The translations under genes were made by a program, and so were the position numbers. From an uncultured Clostridia bacterium (lineage in GTDB: Bacteria; Bacillota; Clostridia; TANB77; CAG-508): a DNA stretch of 64,000 nucleotides. The first letter of the stretch is position 1; every line of letters begins with the position of its first letter. The notes beneath the pieces are model-generated. The model worked only from the letters and a program-made list of their open reading frames with translations. It was not told the DNA's origin and did not search any database. This document shows positions 9,940 through 19,426 of this stretch, in pieces. The stretch lies in assembly GCA_947630185.1 (NCBI GenBank), contig CANRGT010000006.1, positions 6,186 through 70,185 of the forward strand, read 5' to 3'.

Positions 9940-11169
9940 TTACGAGTAAAAGAATTCTTTAATTCTTTCTATTAAGTTCTTGAACATGCTTTCATCTGTA
10001 TCTGAATCTATGCTACTTCCTACTGTTTTCGCAAATGGCCTTGATGCTACATATCTTACTAATGCGTATGCTGCTCTGTATTCTGGTCTTACTACACTAA
10101 TTAGTCTTCCTGTTGCAATTTTTACTGGAATATTTAGAATAATTTTTCCTGCTACATCACTTTTGTTAATAGTTGTAATTCCTTGTCCTATCAAAACAAC
10201 ATTATTTATTCTAGATTTAATTCCTTGGGCTGTAATGTCTTTATTTATTATTGAAAACATTTCTTCTATTCTTGCTTCCATTATTTCAATTAGTTGTGAA
10301 CTTCTAATTATTTTCTTTCCATTTTCATCTTTACAAGTTGTAAGCAAGATTTCGTTATCATTATCTATAAATGATTTTAATGCTAAACTGTATTGTCTTT
10401 TTAATTTTTCTGCTTCTTCAGTTGATATATTTAAAACAACTGCTATATCGTTTGTAATGTTATCTCCACCTAATGGAATTGTATTTGTATATACAAAGTT
10501 TGGACCTTCAAATACTCCTATATCTGTATTTCCTGCTCCTATATCTAATAGCATTACATTATCATTTAATTCATTGGTATCTAAGGCTATGCTTCTTTGA
10601 GCTAATGTTGTTGGAACTAATCCATCTATATCTAGATTTGCTTTTCTAAATATTGTCGCGATTTGTCTCATATATTCTTTATCAGCTAATATAACTTGTG
10701 CTTTTAATGTAAAACTAGCATTTAAATTTCCTATTGGGTCTGCTACAATTTTACCATTTTCTAGAATAAATTGATTTTCTACAACATCTATTATTTGCTT
10801 ATCATCAGGAACATCAATGTCTTTCACTTGCATTATTGCATTTGCAACATCTTTTGCTGAAATTCCTGCAAATCTATCTTTTACTTCTTTTGAAATACTA
10901 TTTTGCACGATTGTAACATATTTTCCAGGAATATTGATATATGCAGAATTAATTTTTAAACCTGCTTCAGATTCTGCTTCTTTTATTGAGCGATGAATTA
11001 ATTTAGCAATTTCATTTTCATCTACTATTTTTCCCTTTTTTATTCCATTACATTTATGACTGGCTGTGCAAATGACTTCAATTTGATTAAAGCTATTAAC
11101 TTCTCCAATTACTAGGCTAACCTTGGAAGTCCCAATGTCAATTCCTACAATTATATCTCCAACCGCCAA
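9940..11169 (-). CDS. ftsA: cell division protein FtsA
   Basis: GIDIGTSKV, LDIGAGNTD, GGDNITNDIA..AEKLK; upstream of ftsZ; TTG start with GGAGG RBS. Confidence 0.95.
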   Translation of the reverse strand: MAVGDIIVGIDIGTSKVSLVIGEVNSFNQIEVICTASHKCNGIKKGKIVDENEIAKLIHRSIKEAESEAGLKINSAYINIPGKYVTIVQNSISKEVKDRFAGISAKDVANAIMQVKDIDVPDDKQIIDVVENQFILENGKIVADPIGNLNASFTLKAQVILADKEYMRQIATIFRKANLDIDGLVPTTLAQRSIALDTNELNDNVMLLDIGAGNTDIGVFEGPNFVYTNTIPLGGDNITNDIAVVLNISTEEAEKLKRQYSLALKSFIDNDNEILLTTCKDENGKKIIRSSQLIEIMEARIEEMFSIINKDITAQGIKSRINNVVLIGQGITTINKSDVAGKIILNIPVKIATGRLISVVRPEYRAAYALVRYVASRPFAKTVGSSIDSDTDESMFKNLIERIKEFFYS

Positions 11170-11300
11170 AACTCATTCCTCCATTTTGATTGTCTTAATA
11201 TAGTTTGTCATTTGTTATTTTGTTATATTTTGCCATAGTAAGATAATTAAATAATTACTGGGTAAAGAATATTACATTTTTCGAAAAAAGTCAATAGAAT

Positions 11301-11344
11301 TTTGTAATAAATTTGTAATATTTTTGTAATATGTTTGTAATATG
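11301..11344. promoter_or_regulatory. four tandem TGTAAT half-sites with 11-bp period (WalR/OmpR-type boxes) next to the ftsA sigma-A promoter
   Basis: tttgtaataaa tttgtaatatt tttgtaatatg tttgtaatatg; adjacent TTGACT-17-TATTCT on the minus strand. Confidence 0.65.
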
Positions 11345-11396
11345 TCTATTATTATCAAATTATGCCTATATTTTATAAATTTATATTAAATATAAA

Positions 11397-11780
11397 TTAT
11401 TTTTGTTCTTTAGCAGATTCTCCGCTTTCTTCTTTTTTGTTTGGTGTCCATTTATTTAAATAATAACGACGAATTATTGCTAAATTATTAAACATTCTTC
11501 CTACAAAAACTACTATTGCTGCTAAGTAAATATCTACATTTAATTTTTGTCCTAAATATGTAAGTAATATTGATAAAATAGCATTTCCAAAAAATCCTGT
11601 AACAAATATTTTTAAATCAAAATTTTTATTTAGCGTTGCAGCAATTCCTCCAAAAACAGAATCTAATGCTGCGATTATGGCAATAGCTAAATAACCTGAG
11701 TATGTGTATGGAACCATTGGTGCATAAATTCCAATTACTGCTCCTAAAATGCATCCTATTACAATTGCAATTAAAATCAT
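11397..11780 (-). CDS. sbp: small basic protein Sbp (DUF1290)
   Basis: YLAIAIIAALDSVFGG, F.TGFFGN, RMFNNLAIIRR. Confidence 0.92.
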   Translation of the reverse strand: MILIAIVIGCILGAVIGIYAPMVPYTYSGYLAIAIIAALDSVFGGIAATLNKNFDLKIFVTGFFGNAILSILLTYLGQKLNVDIYLAAIVVFVGRMFNNLAIIRRYYLNKWTPNKKEESGESAKEQK

Positions 11781-11781
11781 A

Positions 11782-12492
11782 TTATTTTTCCCCTTCCTTC
11801 ATATATTTTACTTCTCTATTGCTTGTATTCTTTAAGATTTGAATACTATTTTTTGTCTGTAAATCTATATCCATCCCTCTTGCTCTATTTCTGTCTATAT
11901 AACCACTATCTTTTAGACTTAAGCTACTAGACAAATATGTTTGATTTCCTATTGCCTTTATAACAAAAGGAGATGTTATTCTTTGGTCACTTACAAGAGT
12001 TAGGCCTTCTGTTGGCTGTACTATATAGCTAGTACTAAAAATGCGCACATCATTTATTGAAATTGCCTCTGCTCCTGCATATCTTAATTCATTTATTAGA
12101 TCTATTAAATCAATTGCTCTAACTTGATAATCATCAGTATTTTTTATTGTAACTTCAATTCCTTCTCCATAGATATCAGTTCTACCAAGTTTCATGTCTG
12201 CTTCTTTTAAATCTTTGTCTATAAGTTCAGATGCTTCTCCATTATCTTCTATCGTTTGTTCATATTCTATAATTGACTTTCTATTTTCCTCTAGCTGTTC
12301 TTCTGCTTCCTCGTATTTTCCCTTCCATTCTGCAATAGCTGTTCTTAGTTCAGTTTCTCTCATGTTTTCAATAGCGGTGATGTCGGTTTCTTCAATGGTT
12401 TTAAATTGCATGAACATAACAGCAAAAAGAACAATACATACTGCGCCAATTATAAGATCCATTATAATTTCATTTTTCTTTTCTTTTTTCAA
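11782..12492 (-). CDS. DUF881 family division-cluster protein (YlxW/YlxX-like)
   Basis: TM plus coiled coil, G.GIEVT, LINELRYAGAEAISIND. Confidence 0.9.
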   Translation of the reverse strand: MKKEKKNEIIMDLIIGAVCIVLFAVMFMQFKTIEETDITAIENMRETELRTAIAEWKGKYEEAEEQLEENRKSIIEYEQTIEDNGEASELIDKDLKEADMKLGRTDIYGEGIEVTIKNTDDYQVRAIDLIDLINELRYAGAEAISINDVRIFSTSYIVQPTEGLTLVSDQRITSPFVIKAIGNQTYLSSSLSLKDSGYIDRNRARGMDIDLQTKNSIQILKNTSNREVKYMKEGEK

Positions 12493-12504
12493 AACCTTAC
12501 ACCC

Positions 12505-13233
12505 CTATTTCTTTGATTTTATGTATTTATAACTAATAATGCCATTGTATGCTTCTACAACTAAATTATCAGATTGATTTGTTTGTACATTTACGCCATC
12601 CTCTTCCATAAGATATAGATAGCCACCTATCATAGTAAGAGAACCTGAAAGTATTGCAGGAGAACCAATTGCTTTAATTACAAATGGTGAGCTTATTCTT
12701 TGACCATTTATTTTTATAATATTTCCTTCACAGGTAATCGCAGTAGTTTGTATTATTCTATTACCATTTATAGATATTGCTTCTGCTCCTGCATTATTTA
12801 AAGCATTTACTACTTGCAACAAATCGTCATAATGTACAATTTGGCTAGTTATATCTAATACTTTATTTCCCTCTGAGGTAAGTCCTGTATTATTATCTGA
12901 TAAAATAATTTCAAATCCTGGACCTATTACTTCTGTTAAACCTAATAACATATTACTTTCTGTTATTTCTTGTTGTTTAGCCATTGATGTAATATCGTTT
13001 TGAGTAGCTAGTTTTCTTACCTCCTCTAGCCTTTTGTTTGAAATTCCTAGCTCTGCATATGCATTATCATATTTTTCTTTCCATCTTAATACTTCATCTC
13101 TTAGGCTATCTTCTACCAAAGATTGTGGAACTGTTGAAGTACTACTATGTACAGTTCTTAACTGTATTACAATTGCCATTGTTAATGCAAAGCACATTAT
13201 TCCTAATGTAATTGATATTTGCTTTTTAAGCAT
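12505..13233 (-). CDS. DUF881 family division-cluster protein (YlxW/YlxX-like)
   Basis: GLTEVIGPG, VHYDDLLQVVNALNNAGAEAISING, PFVIKAIG. Confidence 0.9.
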   Translation of the reverse strand: MLKKQISITLGIMCFALTMAIVIQLRTVHSSTSTVPQSLVEDSLRDEVLRWKEKYDNAYAELGISNKRLEEVRKLATQNDITSMAKQQEITESNMLLGLTEVIGPGFEIILSDNNTGLTSEGNKVLDITSQIVHYDDLLQVVNALNNAGAEAISINGNRIIQTTAITCEGNIIKINGQRISSPFVIKAIGSPAILSGSLTMIGGYLYLMEEDGVNVQTNQSDNLVVEAYNGIISYKYIKSKK

Positions 13234-13283
13234 TAAATCTTCTCCTTCCTACTAACATTTTAATAATTATTCTAAAGTTAGGT

Positions 13284-14384
13284 TTAAATTTTCTTTCTAA
13301 AGATTGCTCCCTTATTGTTTAAATCTGTATTAACAAAAATTTCTCCCTCTATGCCTTTGTTCTCATTTAAAATGCTATCTACATACAACATTTTTGTACT
13401 TAAGTTTGTAGTATTTCCAATGTGAACTGTCTTTTTCTCGCTTTTTAGTTCTAATATATAGTCTTGTTTATCATGTATATTTATTTTAGTAATAAGGTCT
13501 TTTATTCCATTACTTTCAGCAGATTTCATTATTTGTAAAACTTGGTCCAATCTTTGTAAATCTTCACTGCATAATCTATTTCCTTCATGTATTTCATTTT
13601 CTGGTGTTAGAAAACCTACTATTGCAGGAATTTCAAGTGGATTTTTTGCTACTTCTAATAAATATCCTTGATTATTTAAATATACATAGGCGTTTCCAAA
13701 TAAAATCATGAATGTTGGTTTTCTCTCTATTACTTGTATTTCAATTTTGTCTGGAAATTTTCTTTTTACATAAACATTATCAACATAGGCATTTTGTTTA
13801 ATTAATTTTTGAGTCTCACTAGTTTGTACTTTGAAAGTATTTTCATTTAATTCTATTCTTGACAAACTAATTATTTCTTCTTTGGTAAGTCTTTCTATTC
13901 CTTGCACATTTATTTCCTTAATGTTAAAAAATGGTGATAGCATAAAGTATATGCCTCCTGCTACTATAATTGCTACTAGGCTTGTCCACTTTACTATGTG
14001 GAATGTAAAATTTATTTTTTCTTCATTTTCTGCATTATTCCTATTTATATTATTTACTTTATGCTTTTTTAATTTTGATTTAATTTTTTCGTTTTTTCTG
14101 GTTTTATAATTTTGATTTCTAAAATTTCTTTTTTCGCCATTTTGTTTTTTATCTGTTGCCTTTTGCTTTTTACCGTTTACCTTTTTATCTGCTAAATTAT
14201 TGTTTATTTTCTGGTTTTTTGAACTGCTTTTTGTTTTTCTATTTTTTGCATTAGCAGTGCTTTTTTTACTTTTTGAAGGCTTTTTTTCTTCTAATGGTGT
14301 AATTCCAATTATGATTTCATTATCTAAATCAAAAGAGGAATTATCTTTTGTATTTTCTTTTCTCTTCTTTTGCTTTTTAACCAT
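13284..14384 (-). CDS. ftsQ: cell division protein FtsQ/DivIB
   Basis: basic cytoplasmic N-terminus, single TM, POTRA motif SPFFNIKEINVQG...KRKFPDKIEIQVIER. Confidence 0.88.
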   Translation of the reverse strand: MVKKQKKRKENTKDNSSFDLDNEIIIGITPLEEKKPSKSKKSTANAKNRKTKSSSKNQKINNNLADKKVNGKKQKATDKKQNGEKRNFRNQNYKTRKNEKIKSKLKKHKVNNINRNNAENEEKINFTFHIVKWTSLVAIIVAGGIYFMLSPFFNIKEINVQGIERLTKEEIISLSRIELNENTFKVQTSETQKLIKQNAYVDNVYVKRKFPDKIEIQVIERKPTFMILFGNAYVYLNNQGYLLEVAKNPLEIPAIVGFLTPENEIHEGNRLCSEDLQRLDQVLQIMKSAESNGIKDLITKINIHDKQDYILELKSEKKTVHIGNTTNLSTKMLYVDSILNENKGIEGEIFVNTDLNNKGAIFRKKI

Positions 14385-15650
14385 CTATTTTTCTCCTTCT
14401 TTAATAATTTTTGCACCTAATGCATTTAATTTCTTTTCTAATCCTTCGTAACCTCTTAAAATATGCTCTATATCTGTTACTACAGTTGTTCCTTTGGCTG
14501 CTAAACCTGCTAATACTAAACAGGCTCCACCTCTTAAATCTGTAGATTTTACTTTTGCACCTGATAGCTTTCTTACTCCTTTAATAACTGCAGTCTTCCC
14601 TTCAATAGTAATTTTTGCTCCCATTTTTTTAAGCTCTGCTGCATAGCGATAACGATTTTCAAAAATGTTTTCAACTATTACAGATGTACCTTTTGCAATT
14701 GTTAAAACACTTGCAAATATAGACTGCATATCTGTTGGGAAACCCGGGTATGGAAGTGTTTTTATATCCACTGCTTTTAGCTTTTTTGGTGCTTGAAGAT
14801 ATATCTTTTTGTTTTCTACTTTTATATTACATCCTGTTTCTTCTAATTTGTGAATAATTGGTGTTAAGTGCTCTGGATTTCTATATGGAAAACTTATATT
14901 TCCACATGTAATTGCACCTGCACAAAGTAAAGTACCCGCTTCTATTCTGTCCTCCATTACACTATAACTTATATCCTTTAATTTTTGAACACCTGTAATT
15001 TTTATTTCATTTGTTCCAGCACCTTCTATTTTTGCGCCCATTTTATTTAAGCACTTCGCTAAATCCACTATTTCTGGCTCCATTGCTGCATTTGTAATCT
15101 GTGTTGTGCCTTCTGCATAAATGCTTGCTAGAATAATATTTTCGGTTGCTCCCACACTTGGAAAATCGAGGTTAATATTTGCACCTATTATTTTATCACA
15201 TTTGCATGTAATAAATCCAGAGTTTTCACTAATATTTATTCCTAATTTTTGAAAAGCGTTCAAATGTAGGTCTATAGGCCTTGCTCCAATGTCACATCCA
15301 CCCGGATATGAAAATTTTGCTTCTTTAAATCTTCCTATTATTGCTCCCGCAAGTATAACAGTTGAACGCATTTGATTCATTAAATGCTCTGGAATTTCTT
15401 TTTTATTTATATTTTTACTATTTATTTCTATTTTTCCATGAGACTTTTTTATTTTACATCCTAAATATTTTAAAATTTCTAGGGTAATTTGCGTATCATG
15501 AATGTTTGGAATGTTATATAATTTTGTGGTTCCTGCATTTAAAATACTTGTTGCTATAATTGGCAAAGAGGCATTTTTAGAGCCTGATATTGTTACTTCT
15601 CCTTCTAATTTTCTTCCTCCTTCTATTATGTAGCTTGCCATTTGTTTCAC
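14385..15650 (-). CDS. murA: UDP-N-acetylglucosamine 1-carboxyvinyltransferase
   Basis: SGSKNASLP, PGGCDIGARPIDLH, PYPGFPTDMQ, ENIFENRY, TDLRGGA; the start may be 15641 (MASY). Confidence 0.97.
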   Translation of the reverse strand: MKQMASYIIEGGRKLEGEVTISGSKNASLPIIATSILNAGTTKLYNIPNIHDTQITLEILKYLGCKIKKSHGKIEINSKNINKKEIPEHLMNQMRSTVILAGAIIGRFKEAKFSYPGGCDIGARPIDLHLNAFQKLGINISENSGFITCKCDKIIGANINLDFPSVGATENIILASIYAEGTTQITNAAMEPEIVDLAKCLNKMGAKIEGAGTNEIKITGVQKLKDISYSVMEDRIEAGTLLCAGAITCGNISFPYRNPEHLTPIIHKLEETGCNIKVENKKIYLQAPKKLKAVDIKTLPYPGFPTDMQSIFASVLTIAKGTSVIVENIFENRYRYAAELKKMGAKITIEGKTAVIKGVRKLSGAKVKSTDLRGGACLVLAGLAAKGTTVVTDIEHILRGYEGLEKKLNALGAKIIKEGEK

Positions 15651-15713
15651 CCTTTCTGTTTTTATTTTGCTATATATTATGTTTGCTTTCCATAAAAGGT
15701 GAATGTAATGAAT

Positions 15714-16562
15714 TTATTTTAGACTTTTTTTCGTATTAGATTTTAATTGTTTCTGCTTTTCTTCTTCAATCTTTTTTGCACTTTTGCTCGGAGTTGGTAA
15801 GTCTTCTGGCATAGTACCACCTATTCTTTTTATAGTTTGTCTAACAGCTTGTCCTACATTATGATGAGTTTTGCAAGCATCGTCTTCATTATTAATATTT
15901 TTATTTTTTAAAACTTCGTCAGTTTGCGTAATTCTAAATAAATTTGCTGCAAGTTCTGTACTACTCATATAGTCTAATATATCTTCTTTTTCAGATATAC
16001 CTTTTCTATTTGCAATGTCTTTTGCTGTTTCTCCGTTATATAATCCTCTATAACCATAATTATTAAATTTTCCATAATTTTTTACACCTGCTAGCTTTGC
16101 TGTATCAAATAAATATTTATTTTTATCTTTTACATTTTTTCTAGTGTATAATCTTTTTTCATCTTCACTTAAACTTTCATATTCTTGTCTTGATATTTCT
16201 TGTTTTCTAGTTTGTACTGCAAAATAAGTTTGGGCAAGAGCTATTGCTTTTTTTCTACTATCTCCGTTTTGTGCTATAAGATAACATGCATATCTAGTTA
16301 ATTTATAATCTTCAATTTCTCTTTCTGCCCCTTTTGCTACTATTATCATTTTGCCGACGTCGGCAAAATGATCCAATATATTGATATTACTGTTTTTACA
16401 GGATTCTTTTGCTTTATCAATTACTTTAATAAAATTTCCCCATTTACTATATTCAAGCATTACCATTAGTTCTCTAGCATACCAAAATTCAGTCCCGTTT
16501 TCATCTACGCGTTTGATACTTTCAAAATCTTTTTCTGTTTTATTTACTAAATCATTTCCCAT
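15714..16562 (-). CDS. dinD: DNA damage-inducible protein D (BRO-like)
   Basis: FESIK...[65 protein letters not shown]. Confidence 0.88.
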   Translation of the reverse strand: MGNDLVNKTEKDFESIKRVDENGTEFWYARELMVMLEYSKWGNFIKVIDKAKESCKNSNINILDHFADVGKMIIVAKGAEREIEDYKLTRYACYLIAQNGDSRKKAIALAQTYFAVQTRKQEISRQEYESLSEDEKRLYTRKNVKDKNKYLFDTAKLAGVKNYGKFNNYGYRGLYNGETAKDIANRKGISEKEDILDYMSSTELAANLFRITQTDEVLKNKNINNEDDACKTHHNVGQAVRQTIKRIGGTMPEDLPTPSKSAKKIEEEKQKQLKSNTKKSLK

Positions 16563-16605
16563 AAATGTTCACCATTCCTTTCATTCTAGTTTTTAATTTA
16601 TTTAA

Positions 16606-16723
16606 TAAATTTATATCATATTTCTAAATCCCTTTCAATAGTTTTTACGAATTTTTGTTCTTATGTTTTTTAAAAAAAGAGAGACTCTGAAATTTCAAAG
16701 TTCTCTCCTTTTACACTTGTGTT
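16606..16723. repeat. ~118-bp direct repeat (terminator-like hairpin plus sigma-A promoter), copy 1
   Basis: near-identical to 18368-18487. Confidence 0.9.
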
Positions 16724-16792
16724 TACAAACAAATTTGTGCAGTTATTTTCGTGAGCTTACAAATCAAACATAAGAGTTTACAGTAGTTAGTA

Positions 16793-17737
16793 CTACTTTA
16801 TGCAAAGCACAGCACGAAAACCATTGTAGTTAAAGTAGTGATTTGGAGGACCGAAATCGCGACAAGCAACAGGCTTAAAGTCCCCATTACAACTGCAATA
16901 GCCACCGCGGATTACAAATTGTGAACTACCGTATTTTTCTTGTGTCCATTCGGTTACATTGCCTGCAAAGTCGTAAATGTTATTAGCACTCCATTTTCCA
17001 CGACTTCCTGTTTCTGCTATTACTCCTGGGGAATTCTCTGTATTCCAATAGTTACCCCATTGGCTAGAATCCTCTGCAATCTCTTTAAATGTTTTTGCCC
17101 CTGATTTGATAAACCATGCTAATACCGAATCATATTCTGCACCAAAAGTTAGATGACTCTTGACTGCTTCATTGTTTTCGATAGTAGCTGCAGCTTCCTT
17201 AGCATAGTTAAAATCAATTAGTACCAAAGGTATTACATGTTTTACAGACTGTTTTGCTTCTGAAATTTTGGAAATGTTATAACGAGAAATATAAAATCCC
17301 CCGTATTTTTTAACACTTGTAACTTGTTCAAGTAATTCGTCTGTTAAATCTTCATGGAATTTGCTATACAAAAATTTATCATTTCGATAGTTTCTTCTGC
17401 CGAATTTCTCCGAAACATGCTCACCATCAAGTATTCCATCAGAATCTAGGCTTCCTACAGGAATCCACACGAACTGACTTCCATCAGAGATTCTTTCAAT
17501 TACAAAGCCATTGTTCCATTCTCCACAAACATGCTTGTATCCATCTAAAATTGGTGGATCAGCATAGTTTAAATAGATTTTGGGAATAAATTTAGCTTTA
17601 TCATCGTTCATCTCTCTGATGATTAACTCTCCGTTTGTTCCTTCTGAGACCTCCAAAGTTCTTCCTTTTGATGCATTAACCTCAATAGATGTACCTCTTT
17701 CATCTTCATACACAAATTTCTTATACCGACTTTTCAT
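16793..17737 (-). CDS. FGE-sulfatase/SUMF1-like (C-type-lectin fold) protein
   Basis: SQFVWIPV, YGGFYISRY, NNIYDFAGNVTEWT, IRGG...GFRAVL; higher GC than host genes; GGAGGAGG RBS. Confidence 0.85.
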   Translation of the reverse strand: MKSRYKKFVYEDERGTSIEVNASKGRTLEVSEGTNGELIIREMNDDKAKFIPKIYLNYADPPILDGYKHVCGEWNNGFVIERISDGSQFVWIPVGSLDSDGILDGEHVSEKFGRRNYRNDKFLYSKFHEDLTDELLEQVTSVKKYGGFYISRYNISKISEAKQSVKHVIPLVLIDFNYAKEAAATIENNEAVKSHLTFGAEYDSVLAWFIKSGAKTFKEIAEDSSQWGNYWNTENSPGVIAETGSRGKWSANNIYDFAGNVTEWTQEKYGSSQFVIRGGYCSCNGDFKPVACRDFGPPNHYFNYNGFRAVLCIK

Positions 17738-17877
17738 GTCTTTTACCTCCTCCTGCTAATATTTTTATCGGTTTCTATATGGCTCTTGCCATTATGTTAA
17801 TAATATAACACCTTTTCTTGATTTTTTCAAGCACTATTTATGTAAATTATTTTAGTTTCCTTATCTCTTTAGCATTT

Positions 17878-18303
17878 TTATCTGATACAACCTTTTTTCC
17901 TGTATATATCCAATGCTCTATTTATTGCAATTTCTGGGTCATATGCTTCATCTATTCTTTCTTTTCCAACTTGTGCTAACCACAATTTAAAAGGCTCCGC
18001 TTTCTTAGAAGGAATTGATTGAATTAATCTTAAAATTTGCTCTATATTAGCCACATCAGTTAATCTTAATTTTCCATCATATGCCATCATTTTCAACTGG
18101 TTACAATTTGTAACCGTTTCATTTCCCTCCGTTAATAGTCTGCTTTTTAACACTTTCCAATAAGTCCTTGCTTTTTGATAATCATTCTCTGTTAAAACAG
18201 CCACAACATCTACTATTGAAAAATACCATTTTTCTTGTTCCTCATCCCATTTTGCTCTAATTTTTTTATCTTCAAATATTTTTAATTGATTATCTTGTTC
18301 CAT
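17878..18303 (-). pseudogene. Bro-N domain protein, probably C-terminally truncated
   Basis: IRAKWDEEQEKWYFSIVDV, LKM.A.DGK.RLTDVA, IPSKKAEPFKLWLAQVG.ERIDE; stops just after YRKKG, where family members usually continue. Confidence 0.65.
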
Positions 18304-18367
18304 GTTTTTACCTCTCTTTCTTAGTTTGTCCGGAAATTCCAAGCAACTCAAATTCTTTTTTATTTCT

Positions 18368-18487
18368 TAAATTTATATCATATTTCTAAATCCTTTTCAA
18401 TAGTTTTTGCGAAATTTTGTTCTTATATTTTTTTAAAAAAAGAAGAGACTCTGAAATTTCAAAGTTCTCTCCTTTTACACTTGTGTT
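18368..18487. repeat. ~120-bp direct repeat, copy 2
   Basis: matches 16606-16723. Confidence 0.9.
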
Positions 18488-18553
18488 GTGTAAATTCTTT
18501 CATACTTTACAATTATTACTTCTATTTCTAATTGCCTTAACTTGTTCACATTT

Positions 18554-19393
18554 TTACATTATTTCTAACTTCTCTTTAATCTTTTCCATATTTTGATTTG
18601 CTATCTTGTAACCCTTAGCATAGCAAAAATCAATCTTTTTAACATCAAACACAGTAGATGAATTTAGCGCTATATCAAGAATATAATTACTACTCTTTAA
18701 TTTACAAGTATCTCTATCATCAAATATAATATCTACACACCTAAATAATAGGTCAATTGCATTTTTAGGATCTTCGCCATCTTTTGCAGGGAATCTTACT
18801 GTTAAAATTTTTTCTGCACCTAATAAAGATAATTCTTCTTCTGGAATATTGTTAAGTACACCACCGTCTACAAATATTTTGCCTTCATATTCTAGTGGTG
18901 CAAAAAGCCCAGGGTAACTACAACTTGCTCTTACTGCCTTTCCTATTTCTATGTTTGAAATGTAGCAGTCCTTATCTATTTTTTTATTAGTAAATACATA
19001 TTTTTTTCTTGTTTTTATATCTACTGTTGGTATTGAAATTGGCATTGGAATATCTTTAATGTATTTATAGCCTTTTAGTCTTGCACACTCATTCATAATT
19101 TCTTCTATTGCTTCACCTGAAATAAGACCATTTCCTAAAATACTTTTTGTTGTTCTTATGTTTGAAAATATATATCTTGGGTCTGCTTTTAAAATGCTTT
19201 TAGAAAAATACTGAAATAATTTTAACATTTCATCTGATGTGTAGCCCATTGCATATAAAGCTGCTACTATGCTTCCTATGCTAGTACCTGCTATTACAGA
19301 TGCTTTAATATTATTTTCTTCTAATGCTTTTAAAACGCCTATGTGGGCAGCTCCTTTTACTCCACCACCTGATAGTGCTAAACCTATTTTCAT
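18554..19393 (-). CDS. patatin-like phospholipase
   Basis: LSGGGVKG, GTSIG nucleophile elbow, DGG motif. Confidence 0.93.
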   Translation of the reverse strand: MKIGLALSGGGVKGAAHIGVLKALEENNIKASVIAGTSIGSIVAALYAMGYTSDEMLKLFQYFSKSILKADPRYIFSNIRTTKSILGNGLISGEAIEEIMNECARLKGYKYIKDIPMPISIPTVDIKTRKKYVFTNKKIDKDCYISNIEIGKAVRASCSYPGLFAPLEYEGKIFVDGGVLNNIPEEELSLLGAEKILTVRFPAKDGEDPKNAIDLLFRCVDIIFDDRDTCKLKSSNYILDIALNSSTVFDVKKIDFCYAKGYKIANQNMEKIKEKLEIM

Positions 19394-19426
19394 TATATTT
19401 ACTTACTCCTTTGTTTATTTTTTTAT

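Noticed and set aside
15700-18500. Complete diversity-generating retroelement or prophage remnant
   Set aside because: By eye there is no reverse transcriptase, avd, template repeat, integrase or phage structural gene in the window. Only the target-like gene and BRO genes are present.
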